A stretch of 64,000 nucleotides of DNA from Verrucomicrobiia bacterium (GTDB lineage Bacteria; Verrucomicrobiota; Verrucomicrobiia; Limisphaerales; UBA11358): NCBI GenBank assembly GCA_036490295.1, contig DASXED010000160.1, positions 1,343 through 65,342 of the forward strand, read 5' to 3'. This document shows positions 1 through 6,932 of this stretch, in pieces. The translations under genes were made by a program, and so were the position numbers. The notes beneath the pieces were generated by a model that saw nothing but the letters and a program-made list of their open reading frames with translations, was not told the DNA's origin and did not search any database. Every line of letters begins with the position of its first letter. The first letter of the stretch is position 1.

Positions 1-1140
1 TTTGCCGATGCGCGGTCGAATTTCAGCGCCGCCGTTCAGGACGCATTTCATCGTGCGCCGCTTGATGACCAGACAATCGCCTCGCCGGACTTCGGCTATC
101 TCATCACCGCGTTCAACATCAAAAATAAAAATTTTCCGATCACCGCTGATCTGGCTGCGACGTGGGCGCGCGGCAATCCCGATTTGGCGGCGCAAAACCG
201 GTTGCTCGATTTTTTGCTGCTCACGATGCAGCACGCCGTCCGGCCTGATGATTTGCCGGAAAATTTTACCGCCGGCGAAACCGTGCGCCTCGTGCCGGTA
301 AATGATCCAAACGAAAAATTGACGCTCGCGGACGCGGAAACGCGCGGCCAACTCGTCGCAGAATCGAACGTCACCACGCTCTCGCAATTGCAAATCATTT
401 TCCGCCGCGAATTCGCGTCCGACGATGAACAGCCGCTGGCGCGCGCGCTGGCGACGCTGCTGAAACCCAATTGCTTTCCAGACGCCGAACTCACGCAACT
501 GGCGCGCGCCCAGGTGAATGAAAAATTGGCCGGTTCGCCCGGTCAGCAAATGATCGCCGGACATGATGTGCCGCACGAAACGCAACCGGCGTTGCCAGCC
601 GTCAATCTGGCGCAAAACGATTCGCCTAAAAAACTGGAGCAAACTATCGCGTTACAAAATCAGCCGCTGAAAATTCCTGCGCGCAACAATTTATTTTTCT
701 CCATGCTGGTGGCCATTTCAATTGCCGCGCTGCTCATGTTGTGGCGATGGATTTCACGGCGTCAGCGCGTTTCGTTGCTGCCGGCGCGCACAAATAATTT
801 TTCGCCGCAAAATCCGGTTGTGCTCCACGCCGACCTTGCGCCGCATCTGGCGCAGGTGGTCAAAGAGGCGCTGGTTCAGGAACTGGCCGTGCAGCGGCGC
901 GAGCTGCTGGTGGCGCAGCAAATGGCCACCGCCGAAATCATCGGGCTTGTCCGGCGGCTGGATGAATTGCAAATGACGATGCAGGAGCGCGTGCAAACTT
1001 ACGAGACGCAGATTGAAAAATTGGAACGGGAACTCGCGGCGCGCACCGAGGAAAACCACGAACTGCTCAAACTGAAAATTGAAATGATCCGCCAGCAGCT
1101 TGAAACGGAGCGCACCCGCAGCCGGATGAATTTCAACTGA
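1..1140 (+). CDS. Hypothetical membrane-anchored coiled-coil protein; 5' end lies outside the window
   Basis: The ORF track starts it at TTG 184. Frame 1 translated from nt 1 (FADARSNFSAAVQDAFHRAPLDDQTIASPDFGYLITAFNIKNKNFPITADLAATWARGNPDL...) has no stop before 184, so the gene most likely enters from the left edge. It has one hydrophobic helix (FFSMLVAISIAALLMLWRWI) followed by a heptad-like E/R/L/Q-rich tail (ELQMTMQERVQTYETQIEKLERELAARTEENHELLKLKIEMIRQQLE). No family recognised. Confidence 0.6.
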   Translation, partial: FADARSNFSAAVQDAFHRAPLDDQTIASPDFGYLITAFNIKNKNFPITADLAATWARGNPDLAAQNRLLDFLLLTMQHAVRPDDLPENFTAGETVRLVPVNDPNEKLTLADAETRGQLVAESNVTTLSQLQIIFRREFASDDEQPLARALATLLKPNCFPDAELTQLARAQVNEKLAGSPGQQMIAGHDVPHETQPALPAVNLAQNDSPKKLEQTIALQNQPLKIPARNNLFFSMLVAISIAALLMLWRWISRRQRVSLLPARTNNFSPQNPVVLHADLAPHLAQVVKEALVQELAVQRRELLVAQQMATAEIIGLVRRLDELQMTMQERVQTYETQIEKLERELAARTEENHELLKLKIEMIRQQLETERTRSRMNFN

Positions 1141-1469
1141 CAGAACCTTGACGATGCGCAGCGCAACAACCGGGCTGAACGGCCGCCAAAATTCAGTCCC
1201 GTTTATTCCGTTTAATTTGGCGCGCAACTCTGCAATGGCGGTCTTGAGATTATCAATTTGAGACCTCTGCAAAAGGAGTGTAGCGGCTTTCGACAGAAAG
1301 CCGCATTCTCCAATTTCCAAAAGTTTGCGGCGCTCTGCCGAGACGCCGCTACGGCGGATGGCTGGTTTTGAGGTCTTAATTTGGGGAACAACGTCGAATA
1401 TCACCCTAACTTTTGAATCTGAAATAAAGGCTTGTAAAATGGTGTTGATTGAGTTTTCATCCGATTCTT

Positions 1470-1646
1470 ATGAGAGCATTTGTAATACATCCAGTTCATG
1501 GAGATCCCATAATAATAAAGGCCGAAAAGTATTCCATATCAGACGATGGAACGGTCATTTATTTCGTCATTGATAAGAAGCCAATTGGATTCTTTGTCAC
1601 TTCAAACATTCTGTCTGTGTTTCTTGACAAGAGTTTAGATTTTTAA
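1470..1646 (+). CDS. Small hypothetical protein (58 aa from ATG 1470; TTG 1449 is an alternative start)
   Basis: ORF in an AT-rich patch. The sequence looks protein-like (IHPVHGDPIIIKAEKYSISDDGTVIYFVIDKKPIGFFV). It converges on and overlaps the minus-strand ORF 1597..1845 by 50 nt, so at most one of the two 3' ends is correct as drawn. No family recognised. Confidence 0.3.
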   Translation: MRAFVIHPVHGDPIIIKAEKYSISDDGTVIYFVIDKKPIGFFVTSNILSVFLDKSLDF

Positions 1647-1845
1647 GAGCGGGAGTAAGTTTTGCCCAAATCTCTTTCGGATTTTCTATAATCACGCATT
1701 CGTTTCCTGCCTTAAAGCTGATTTTCAAGCGCGGCAATTCATTTTCACCCTCTAATAAAATCGCCGAAGTGATTTCCGATTCTTTGATGAAAATTTGTTC
1801 GGATAGTCTCGAAATTATTTTTAGCTTTTGCTCTTTCACAGGCAA
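1597..1845 (-). CDS. Small hypothetical protein (82 aa)
   Basis: ORF in the same AT-rich patch, with non-repetitive mixed-charge sequence (KEQKLKIISRLSEQIFIKESEITSAILLEGENELPRLKISFKAGNECVIIENPKEIWAKL). No family recognised. Confidence 0.3.
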   Translation of the reverse strand: MPVKEQKLKIISRLSEQIFIKESEITSAILLEGENELPRLKISFKAGNECVIIENPKEIWAKLTPALKNLNSCQETQTECLK

Positions 1846-1926
1846 ACAGTATAAAATTGCAGTGTAGAAAATGGTTTTTGAGAGCGTTGAAAGACCTTGA
1901 AATCATGCAACAGGCAATGCCATTTA

Positions 1927-2002
1927 GGGCCCGTAGCTCAGCGGTTAGAGCAGGCGACTCATAATCGCTTGGTCCCCGGTTCAAATCCGGGCGGGCCCAC
2001 CA
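1927..2002 (+). tRNA. tRNA with CAT anticodon (probably lysidine-type tRNA-Ile2; elongator tRNA-Met not excluded)
   Basis: 76-nt cloverleaf folded by eye: acceptor GGGCCCG/CGGGCCC, D arm GCTC-AGCGGTTA-GAGC, anticodon arm GGCGA-CTCATAA-TCGCT, T arm CCCGG-TTCAAAT-CCGGG, discriminator A and an encoded CCA. It is not initiator-like: position 1:72 is paired and there is no GGG/CCC anticodon stem. From memory, the string TAGCTCAG-GGTTAGAGCAGGCGACTCATAATCGCTTGGTC is almost identical to E. coli ileX (tRNA-Ile2). Confidence 0.9.
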
Positions 2003-2063
2003 TCTTCAAGCCATTGGATCGCAGTTTTTCATTTTTACGCCTGTGTCCGGGTTGAGTTTGACA

Positions 2064-3419
2064 TCATGGCGCGGTGATCACCCATCGTTGCGCGTCGTCG
2101 CCGGTGAACGGCTGGAGCGCAATTCCGTTGCCCGGCCTGGTTTTGAAAGCCGCAGTGAGCGCAAGCTTTCCAGTTTTTGATGCGATGCGGTAGCTGCCGT
2201 CGGCAAGTTGATCTATTTTCCAAAGCTGGTTGTCTGCGCCGGAGAACGGCGCAACATCCGCCGTTTCGTCCGCCGCCGTCAAAACATTTTCGCCCATCGC
2301 GCTGGTGATTTTATAAAAACCGCCGCCAGCAATTGTGATGTTCCATTTTTGATTGTCACGAACGAGATACCTGCCGGTCTGCACGGAATTTGCAGCGGCG
2401 TTTGTGGAAGCTTGGAGAATCGTGCCGGTGCGTTGCGAGCGGATTTGATAAGTTCCGTCGCGGACATTTTCGCCGGGCATCGGCCAGCCGTCCACCGTCC
2501 AGAGCAGCGGACGGATGTCCAGAATGGAACGACCGTTGCGCCCCAGTTCGGCTTCGTAGTGGCAGCTAAATTTTTCCACGCCGTCATCCACGAGCAAACC
2601 AAAATGTCCGGGGCCGATGTCCCGGCCTTCCGACGCGAGAAAAAGCGTGCCGCCGCCTTCCGTCATCGGATCGCCATACCGGTCAAAATACGGGCCGGTG
2701 ATTTTTTGCGAGCGCCCGACGCGGATGTTGTAAGTGCTGTTGGTGCCCTGGCAGCAGCCGTTGTGGTTGACGAACAGGTAATAATATCCGCCGTGATAAA
2801 TGATGTCCGACGCCTCGCTCTCATCGGCGATGACCGTGACCGGCGAATTGGTGGCGATGCGCAGGCCGGTTTTCGGATCAAGCTGCACCAGCTCGATGTT
2901 GCCGTGATAGGAGCCGTAGCAAATCCAGAGCGTGCCGTCCGGCGCATGGATCACGCCCGGATCAATGGCGTTCAAATTCTCGCCTTCGCCGGAATGGACG
3001 ACCATGCCGCAATCAGTCCATTTGTAATCCGGCTTGCCCGGATCAAGCGTCGGGCTGGTCAGCAGGCCGACCGCCGACACATATTGTCCCCAGCTTGAAA
3101 TCGCATAATACAAATAGAACTGCCCGTTGAGATTGATGATGTCTGGCGCCCAAACGCTCTGGCCGTCGTTTTTCGGCACGAATGATTTCACGGAATCCGG
3201 GATGCGGTCAAAAATCTTTTGCCCGCGCTGCCAGTCGAATCCGTTGCTGGAAGTGAGGACGGAAATGCCGCGCCCGGTGCCATAGACGTAATAATTTCCA
3301 TCGCACTTGATGACTGTGGATGGATCGTGGATGCCAATCGCGCCTTCCAGCGCCAATGCCGGAGCGCAGCCCAAGGTGAACACCGTGAACAGCAACAGTG
3401 ATTTCAGGATGTTTTTCAT
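2064..3419 (-). CDS. Secreted GH43 endo-arabinanase-like glycoside hydrolase with a C-terminal ricin-type beta-trefoil (CBM13-like) lectin domain
   Basis: Start moved to ATG 3419, which gives the signal peptide MKNILKSLLLFTVFTLGCAPALA. The track start at 3518 adds 33 unlikely residues. GH43 propeller motifs are present (GIHDPSTVIKCDGNYYVYGTG, VWAPDIINLNGQFYLYYAISSWG, DPGVIHAPDGTLWICYGSY). The C-terminus has three Q-x-W repeats (NQKWNI, NQLWKI, AQRWVI). Confidence 0.85.
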   Translation of the reverse strand: MKNILKSLLLFTVFTLGCAPALALEGAIGIHDPSTVIKCDGNYYVYGTGRGISVLTSSNGFDWQRGQKIFDRIPDSVKSFVPKNDGQSVWAPDIINLNGQFYLYYAISSWGQYVSAVGLLTSPTLDPGKPDYKWTDCGMVVHSGEGENLNAIDPGVIHAPDGTLWICYGSYHGNIELVQLDPKTGLRIATNSPVTVIADESEASDIIYHGGYYYLFVNHNGCCQGTNSTYNIRVGRSQKITGPYFDRYGDPMTEGGGTLFLASEGRDIGPGHFGLLVDDGVEKFSCHYEAELGRNGRSILDIRPLLWTVDGWPMPGENVRDGTYQIRSQRTGTILQASTNAAANSVQTGRYLVRDNQKWNITIAGGGFYKITSAMGENVLTAADETADVAPFSGADNQLWKIDQLADGSYRIASKTGKLALTAAFKTRPGNGIALQPFTGDDAQRWVITAP

Positions 3420-3540
3420 GGTTGGATTATTTCGAGCGGAATAATCTGCCTTTTGAGTGGAAAGGTCAAACAGCGACAACTGGGAAAAAACCAATGGCCG
3501 CCTTTCCGTCAAAACCAATCAAGCTGGCATTTCATCCGCT

Positions 3541-3708
3541 CCAACTGCCAGTCCATTTGGCAGATGTGCCGGAACATTTGGCATCTCTGCCGACTCATAC
3601 GGCATATCGTGCTGTTCAAATATCCACGCTGCCGGGGCATTTGGCGTTACGGCCAGTTCATTTTGGCCGTCTTCCGTTGTCTTTGGCGCGTGTGCCAGAA
3701 CATTTTAT
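3541..3708. repeat. Degenerate tandem array of about eight 21-bp units (consensus ..a..TGCCgg..CATTTGGC) in a divergent intergenic region
   Basis: Units read off the sequence: ccaactgccagtccatttggc / agatgtgccggaacatttggc / atctctgccgactcatacggc / atatcgtgctgttcaaatatc / cacgctgccggggcatttggc / gttacggccagttcattttggc / cgtcttccgttgtctttggc / gcgtgtgccagaacattttat. The TTTGGC cores start at 3556, 3577, (3598), 3640, 3662, 3682 and (3703), i.e. spacings of 20-22 bp. All three plus frames are open across the array, as expected for a 21-nt repeat and not for a gene. Confidence 0.6.
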
Positions 3709-3789
3709 CATTATTTTTGAAAGATTTCCACTTTTCGTCCGTGTTTCATCATGGAGCTTTAAGATTCCGAAACAACTTTGAATTGAAAA

Positions 3790-4458
3790 ATGAAAACCAA
3801 ACAACTCAATAAACTGACCATGTATCTGGCCGTCGGTGGCATTTGCGACGCCAATCCGGCTGTCTGTCAATCACTCCAAGCCTTTGTCGACGCCCACGTC
3901 GACTTCAAAACCCACGTCGCCAACCTCCAGACCTTCGCCCAAAGCCATGAACAGGACAACAGCGGCATCGCGCAGGACAAACAAGCCGCGCGCGCGGCCA
4001 TGTGCAACGCCACGCTGCCCATCACACGGGCCGTTCACGCCTACGCAGTCAAAACCAGAAACAACCAGCTCATAAAGCAGGTGAATTTTTCCATGAGCGA
4101 ATTGATGGGCGGACGCGACGTGCAATCCGCCGAACGCTGCCAGAACATTTACGCCGCCGCAAACGCGAATTTTGCCAGCCTCGCCAGTTACGGAATCACC
4201 GCCTCCAAACTGACCGCATTGGCCGCCGCCATTGCCGCCTACAATGCACTCATCAGCGCGCCGCGCGATGTCCGCGCCCAGGGCAAAACCGTCACCGAAA
4301 ACATTCAAGCCGAATTTGACGCCGCCGATGACGGCCTGACCCTGATGGACGACCTGCTCGGGCAGTTGGGCGATGCGACATTCGCAAGCGATTACACCAA
4401 CGCGCGCACGATGGTGGACACCGCCGCCAGCCACGCCGAAACCGTAAAATCAAATTAA
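3790..4458 (+). CDS. Hypothetical protein (222 aa, Ala-rich, predicted helical)
   Basis: Clean ORF with an ATG start, followed 12 nt later by a strong intrinsic terminator. No family recognised. Confidence 0.6.
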   Translation: MKTKQLNKLTMYLAVGGICDANPAVCQSLQAFVDAHVDFKTHVANLQTFAQSHEQDNSGIAQDKQAARAAMCNATLPITRAVHAYAVKTRNNQLIKQVNFSMSELMGGRDVQSAERCQNIYAAANANFASLASYGITASKLTALAAAIAAYNALISAPRDVRAQGKTVTENIQAEFDAADDGLTLMDDLLGQLGDATFASDYTNARTMVDTAASHAETVKSN

Positions 4459-4470
4459 AGAAAACGCAAA

Positions 4471-4501
4471 GCGGCCTTCGGAAACGGAGGCCGCTTTTTT
4501 A
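4471..4501 (+). terminator. Rho-independent terminator of the 3790..4458 gene
   Basis: GCGGCCT-tcggaaacgg-AGGCCGC stem-loop followed by TTTTTTA. Confidence 0.75.
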
Positions 4502-4504
4502 TCA

Positions 4505-4535
4505 CGCGGATTTTCGAGGGGACGGCGGACGATTC
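4505..4535 (+). repeat. 31-bp direct repeat, copy 1 (cgcggattttcgaggggacggcggacgattc)
   Basis: 29/31 identical to 5263..5293. It lies immediately after the terminator. Confidence 0.6.
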
Positions 4536-4610
4536 CACTTTTCCCGCTGACGCGATTTAGTCAAATAAAATGCAGTTGAAGTAGGGTTATACCCCATAGA
4601 TAAACGAAAC

Positions 4611-5090
4611 GTGGGCGACGACAATCAGCCCATGAAACAATTCGTCCTCGCTGCCAATATCTTTCGGGCACACAAAATAAACAGGTGCAAAAAGATATTC
4701 CCTGCCCAGATATTCCCTGCCCTTGTCCTGACAATGATCTTTATGCCCGCGCACCGGATGTTGGCGGCAGTCCCGGCGGCAATTGACTTAAAATCGGCCG
4801 CCCATTTCACGATTCTGGCCTCATCCACGACCACCACGGCGGGTAACAATACCTTCGTTAATGGGGATGTCGGACTATTTCCATTTGGTTCGCAGGGAAT
4901 CCCCACAAACCAGATCAACGGGACGGTCTATAACGGCGACACGAACGCCCAACAAGCCCAACTCGACTTGACCGCCGCGTTTGACGCCGCCAGCCCGGCT
5001 CAACTTCCCGGAGGCGGCAATGTGGGTGCCGACCTCAGCGGGCTAACCTTGGTCGGTGACGTCTATCAATCTCCATCCGGCGCATACCAC
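4611..5090 (+). pseudogene. 5' fragment of an ice-binding-like (DUF3494 family) secreted protein gene
   Basis: Residues SAAHFTILASSTTTTAGNNTFVNGDVGLFPFGSQGIPTNQINGTVYNGDTNAQQAQLDLTAAFDAA...DLSGLTLVGDVYQSPSGAY follow the DUF3494 N-terminal pattern (A.FAILAGS.iTntG.t.i.GDlGvsPG...tG.....G.....d..A.qA..DL..AY....L.G.TL.PGVY). The similarity stops near nt 5085, after which the frame runs as Arg-rich nonsense over the next gene. The roughly 150 or more residues of beta-helix body are missing. Confidence 0.5.
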
Positions 5091-5091
5091 C

Positions 5092-5247
5092 ATGAATCTA
5101 TTATTAATCATCGTTATTCTGCTTCTCTTGTTTGGCGGCGGCGGGTTTTATTTTGGCGGTCCCGTCATCGGCGGCAGCGGGCTTGGCCTGATCCTGCTGA
5201 TATGCCTTGTCATCTATTGCGCGGGCGGATTTCGCGCGAAAAACTGA
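5092..5247 (+). CDS. Small membrane protein, DUF3309-like (51 aa)
   Basis: MNLLLIIVILLLLFGGGGFYFGGPVIGGSGLGLILLICLVIYCAGGFRAKN has two hydrophobic helices around a Gly-rich loop, as in DUF3309 proteins. ATG 5092 was chosen over the track start at 5056. Confidence 0.6.
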   Translation: MNLLLIIVILLLLFGGGGFYFGGPVIGGSGLGLILLICLVIYCAGGFRAKN

Positions 5248-5262
5248 CAGAAAATCCACTCG

Positions 5263-5293
5263 CGCGGATTTTCAGGGGGACGGCGGACGATTC
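5263..5293 (+). repeat. 31-bp direct repeat, copy 2 (cgcggattttcagggggacggcggacgattc)
   Basis: 29/31 identical to 4505..4535. Its 5' end forms the right arm of the hairpin GAAAATCC-actcgcgc-GGATTTTC (5250..5273). Confidence 0.6.
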
Positions 5294-5388
5294 TCCTGCT
5301 CCGTGATTTTTATGGGCGAGCCACAGTGGAAATTTACGCGCGCCTCGGAAGGAATGGCGCACAACCAACTCGGCGTCCGTGCTGAAAA

Positions 5389-6393
5389 TTATTTGAGCGA
5401 CTCCTCCGCGATCTGCACTGCGTTGAGCGCCGCGCCTTTGAGCAGTTGATCGCCGCTGACCCAAAAGCACAGGCCGTTGTCGAGCGCACAGTCCATGCGG
5501 ACGCGTCCAACTTCGCAGTTGTCCTTTTCGGAAGTGAACAGCGGCATCGGATATTTTTTATTCTCCGGTTCGTCAATCAAATCGAGTCCGGGTGCTTTTT
5601 TCAAGACGGCTCGCGCGGCTTCGACGGAAACCGGCTTTTCAAATTCCGCGCTCACGGCGACGGAATGCGAGCGATACACCGGCACGCGCACGCACGTCAC
5701 GCTCGCGCGAAAATTCGCGTGGTGCATGATTTTGCGGCCTTCGTTTTCCATTTTCATTTCTTCCTTCGTGTAGCCGCTTGGCAGAAATGAATCAACCTGC
5801 GGAATCACGTTGAAGGCGATCTGGTGCGGAAAAGTTTCCATCGTCGCCGGTTTGCCGGAAACGATTTCGCCGACCTGCCGTTTCAATTCCGCAATCGCCT
5901 GCGCGCCCGCGCCGGAAACGGCCTGATAGCTGGAAGCAAAAATCCGTTTCACACCGAATTTTTTGTGCAGCGGATACAACGCCATGAGCGTAATCGCCGT
6001 CGTGCAATTCGGATTGGCGATGATGCCCTTGTGCAACTTCACGTCGGCGGCATTGATTTCGGGAATCACGAGCGGAACATTTTCGTCCTGCCGGAACGCG
6101 CTGGAATTGTCCACGACCACGCAGCCGGCTTTCGCGGCAATCGGCGCGAATTCTTTTGAGATGCTTCCGCCCGCGCTGAACAATGCGATGTCAATTCCGG
6201 CGAACGAATCTTTCGTGAGTTCCTTGATCGTGATGTCCGCGCCGCGAAATTTAAGCTTCTTGCCGGCCGAACGCGCGGACGCGAGCAGCGTCAATTTCCC
6301 AACCGGAAAATTTCTTTTTTCCAGCGTCTTGATCATTTCGATGCCGACGGCGCCGGTCGCGCCGACAACTGCCACGTGCGGATTTCGATTCAT
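5389..6393 (-). CDS. asd: Aspartate-semialdehyde dehydrogenase
   Basis: N-terminal NAD(P) fold VAVVGATGAVG, active-site cysteine motif IANPNCTTAI, SYQAVSGAG, and full-length collinearity with short-type Asd (334 aa). Confidence 0.95.
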   Translation of the reverse strand: MNRNPHVAVVGATGAVGIEMIKTLEKRNFPVGKLTLLASARSAGKKLKFRGADITIKELTKDSFAGIDIALFSAGGSISKEFAPIAAKAGCVVVDNSSAFRQDENVPLVIPEINAADVKLHKGIIANPNCTTAITLMALYPLHKKFGVKRIFASSYQAVSGAGAQAIAELKRQVGEIVSGKPATMETFPHQIAFNVIPQVDSFLPSGYTKEEMKMENEGRKIMHHANFRASVTCVRVPVYRSHSVAVSAEFEKPVSVEAARAVLKKAPGLDLIDEPENKKYPMPLFTSEKDNCEVGRVRMDCALDNGLCFWVSGDQLLKGAALNAVQIAEESLK

Positions 6394-6705
6394 AAATGGC
6401 CAGACAGATTAACAGAAATTTCGCGCGCGTCAATTCCATGGCTCGCGCGTGAAGTTCCGAAGTCAACTGGCGAAGTTCCAAACTTGTTGCGCCAGGCTCA
6501 AACGACCGGGCGGCGTGCAACGACCTTCGATTGCCGCCAACCGGTCAGGAGAAATCGCAAACTCACGCGGGCAAAAGTTCGCGGGAGTTTTTGTCAGCGG
6601 GTTGAAATCGAAAACCCCATTCCCGGACAATCCTGAATTCCGAACTTTCAACTTGAGAACAACGGCCATGTTCTGATTTAATGTGCAGCCCGCCTTCGGG
6701 CGGAT

Positions 6706-6791
6706 GGTAGGTTACCCAAGTGGCCAACGGGGGCAGACTGTAAATCTGCTGGCTTACGCCTTCGATGGTTCGAATCCATCACCTACCACCA
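6706..6791 (+). tRNA. tRNA-Tyr (GTA)
   Basis: Acceptor GGTAGGT/ACCTACC, anticodon arm GCAGA-CTGTAAA-TCTGC, long variable arm (TGGCTTACGCCTTC), T arm GATGG-TTCGAAT-CCATC, and an encoded CCA. A CCGCC-ttcg-GGCGG hairpin lies just upstream. Confidence 0.9.
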
Positions 6792-6932
6792 TTCTTTTTT
6801 ACAAAGGAAAGGCGCGATTTAATCAATAAATACAGTGGTTAAATGCGTTTCTGAAATTTCAGACCGTGCGCTTCTGTGCTTTTGCCTTCGCTTGTGTTCC
6901 CGTCCAACGGGAACAACTTTCAAGTTCCGGCT

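Noticed and set aside
754-1404. 216-aa minus-strand ORF
   Set aside because: Its 3' two-thirds are antisense to the 1..1140 gene. Only the first ~88 codons (1141..1404) are in free DNA, and I recognised no family. It is probably an artefact extended by stop-poor antisense sequence.
3554-3590. TGGCA...TGCC motifs inside the 21-bp array considered as sigma-54 promoters
   Set aside because: GG-to-GC spacing is 9 nt instead of 12, and the -12 TTGC element is missing.
3619-3627. DnaA-box-like ATATCCACG within the repeat array
   Set aside because: It is a single copy with mismatches at both ends of the TTATCCACA consensus. There is no cluster of boxes and no dnaA/dnaN context, so this is not an origin.
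3398-3812. Three overlapping plus-strand ORFs (127, 119 and 87 aa)
   Set aside because: All three frames are open only because of the 21-nt periodic repeat. The sequences are 7-aa pseudo-repeats with no start context.
5250-5273. Hairpin GAAAATCC-actcgcgc-GGATTTTC as a bidirectional terminator between the DUF3309-like gene and asd
   Set aside because: The stem is AT-rich and short, and no clean U-tract follows on either strand. It is noted only as part of the repeat description.
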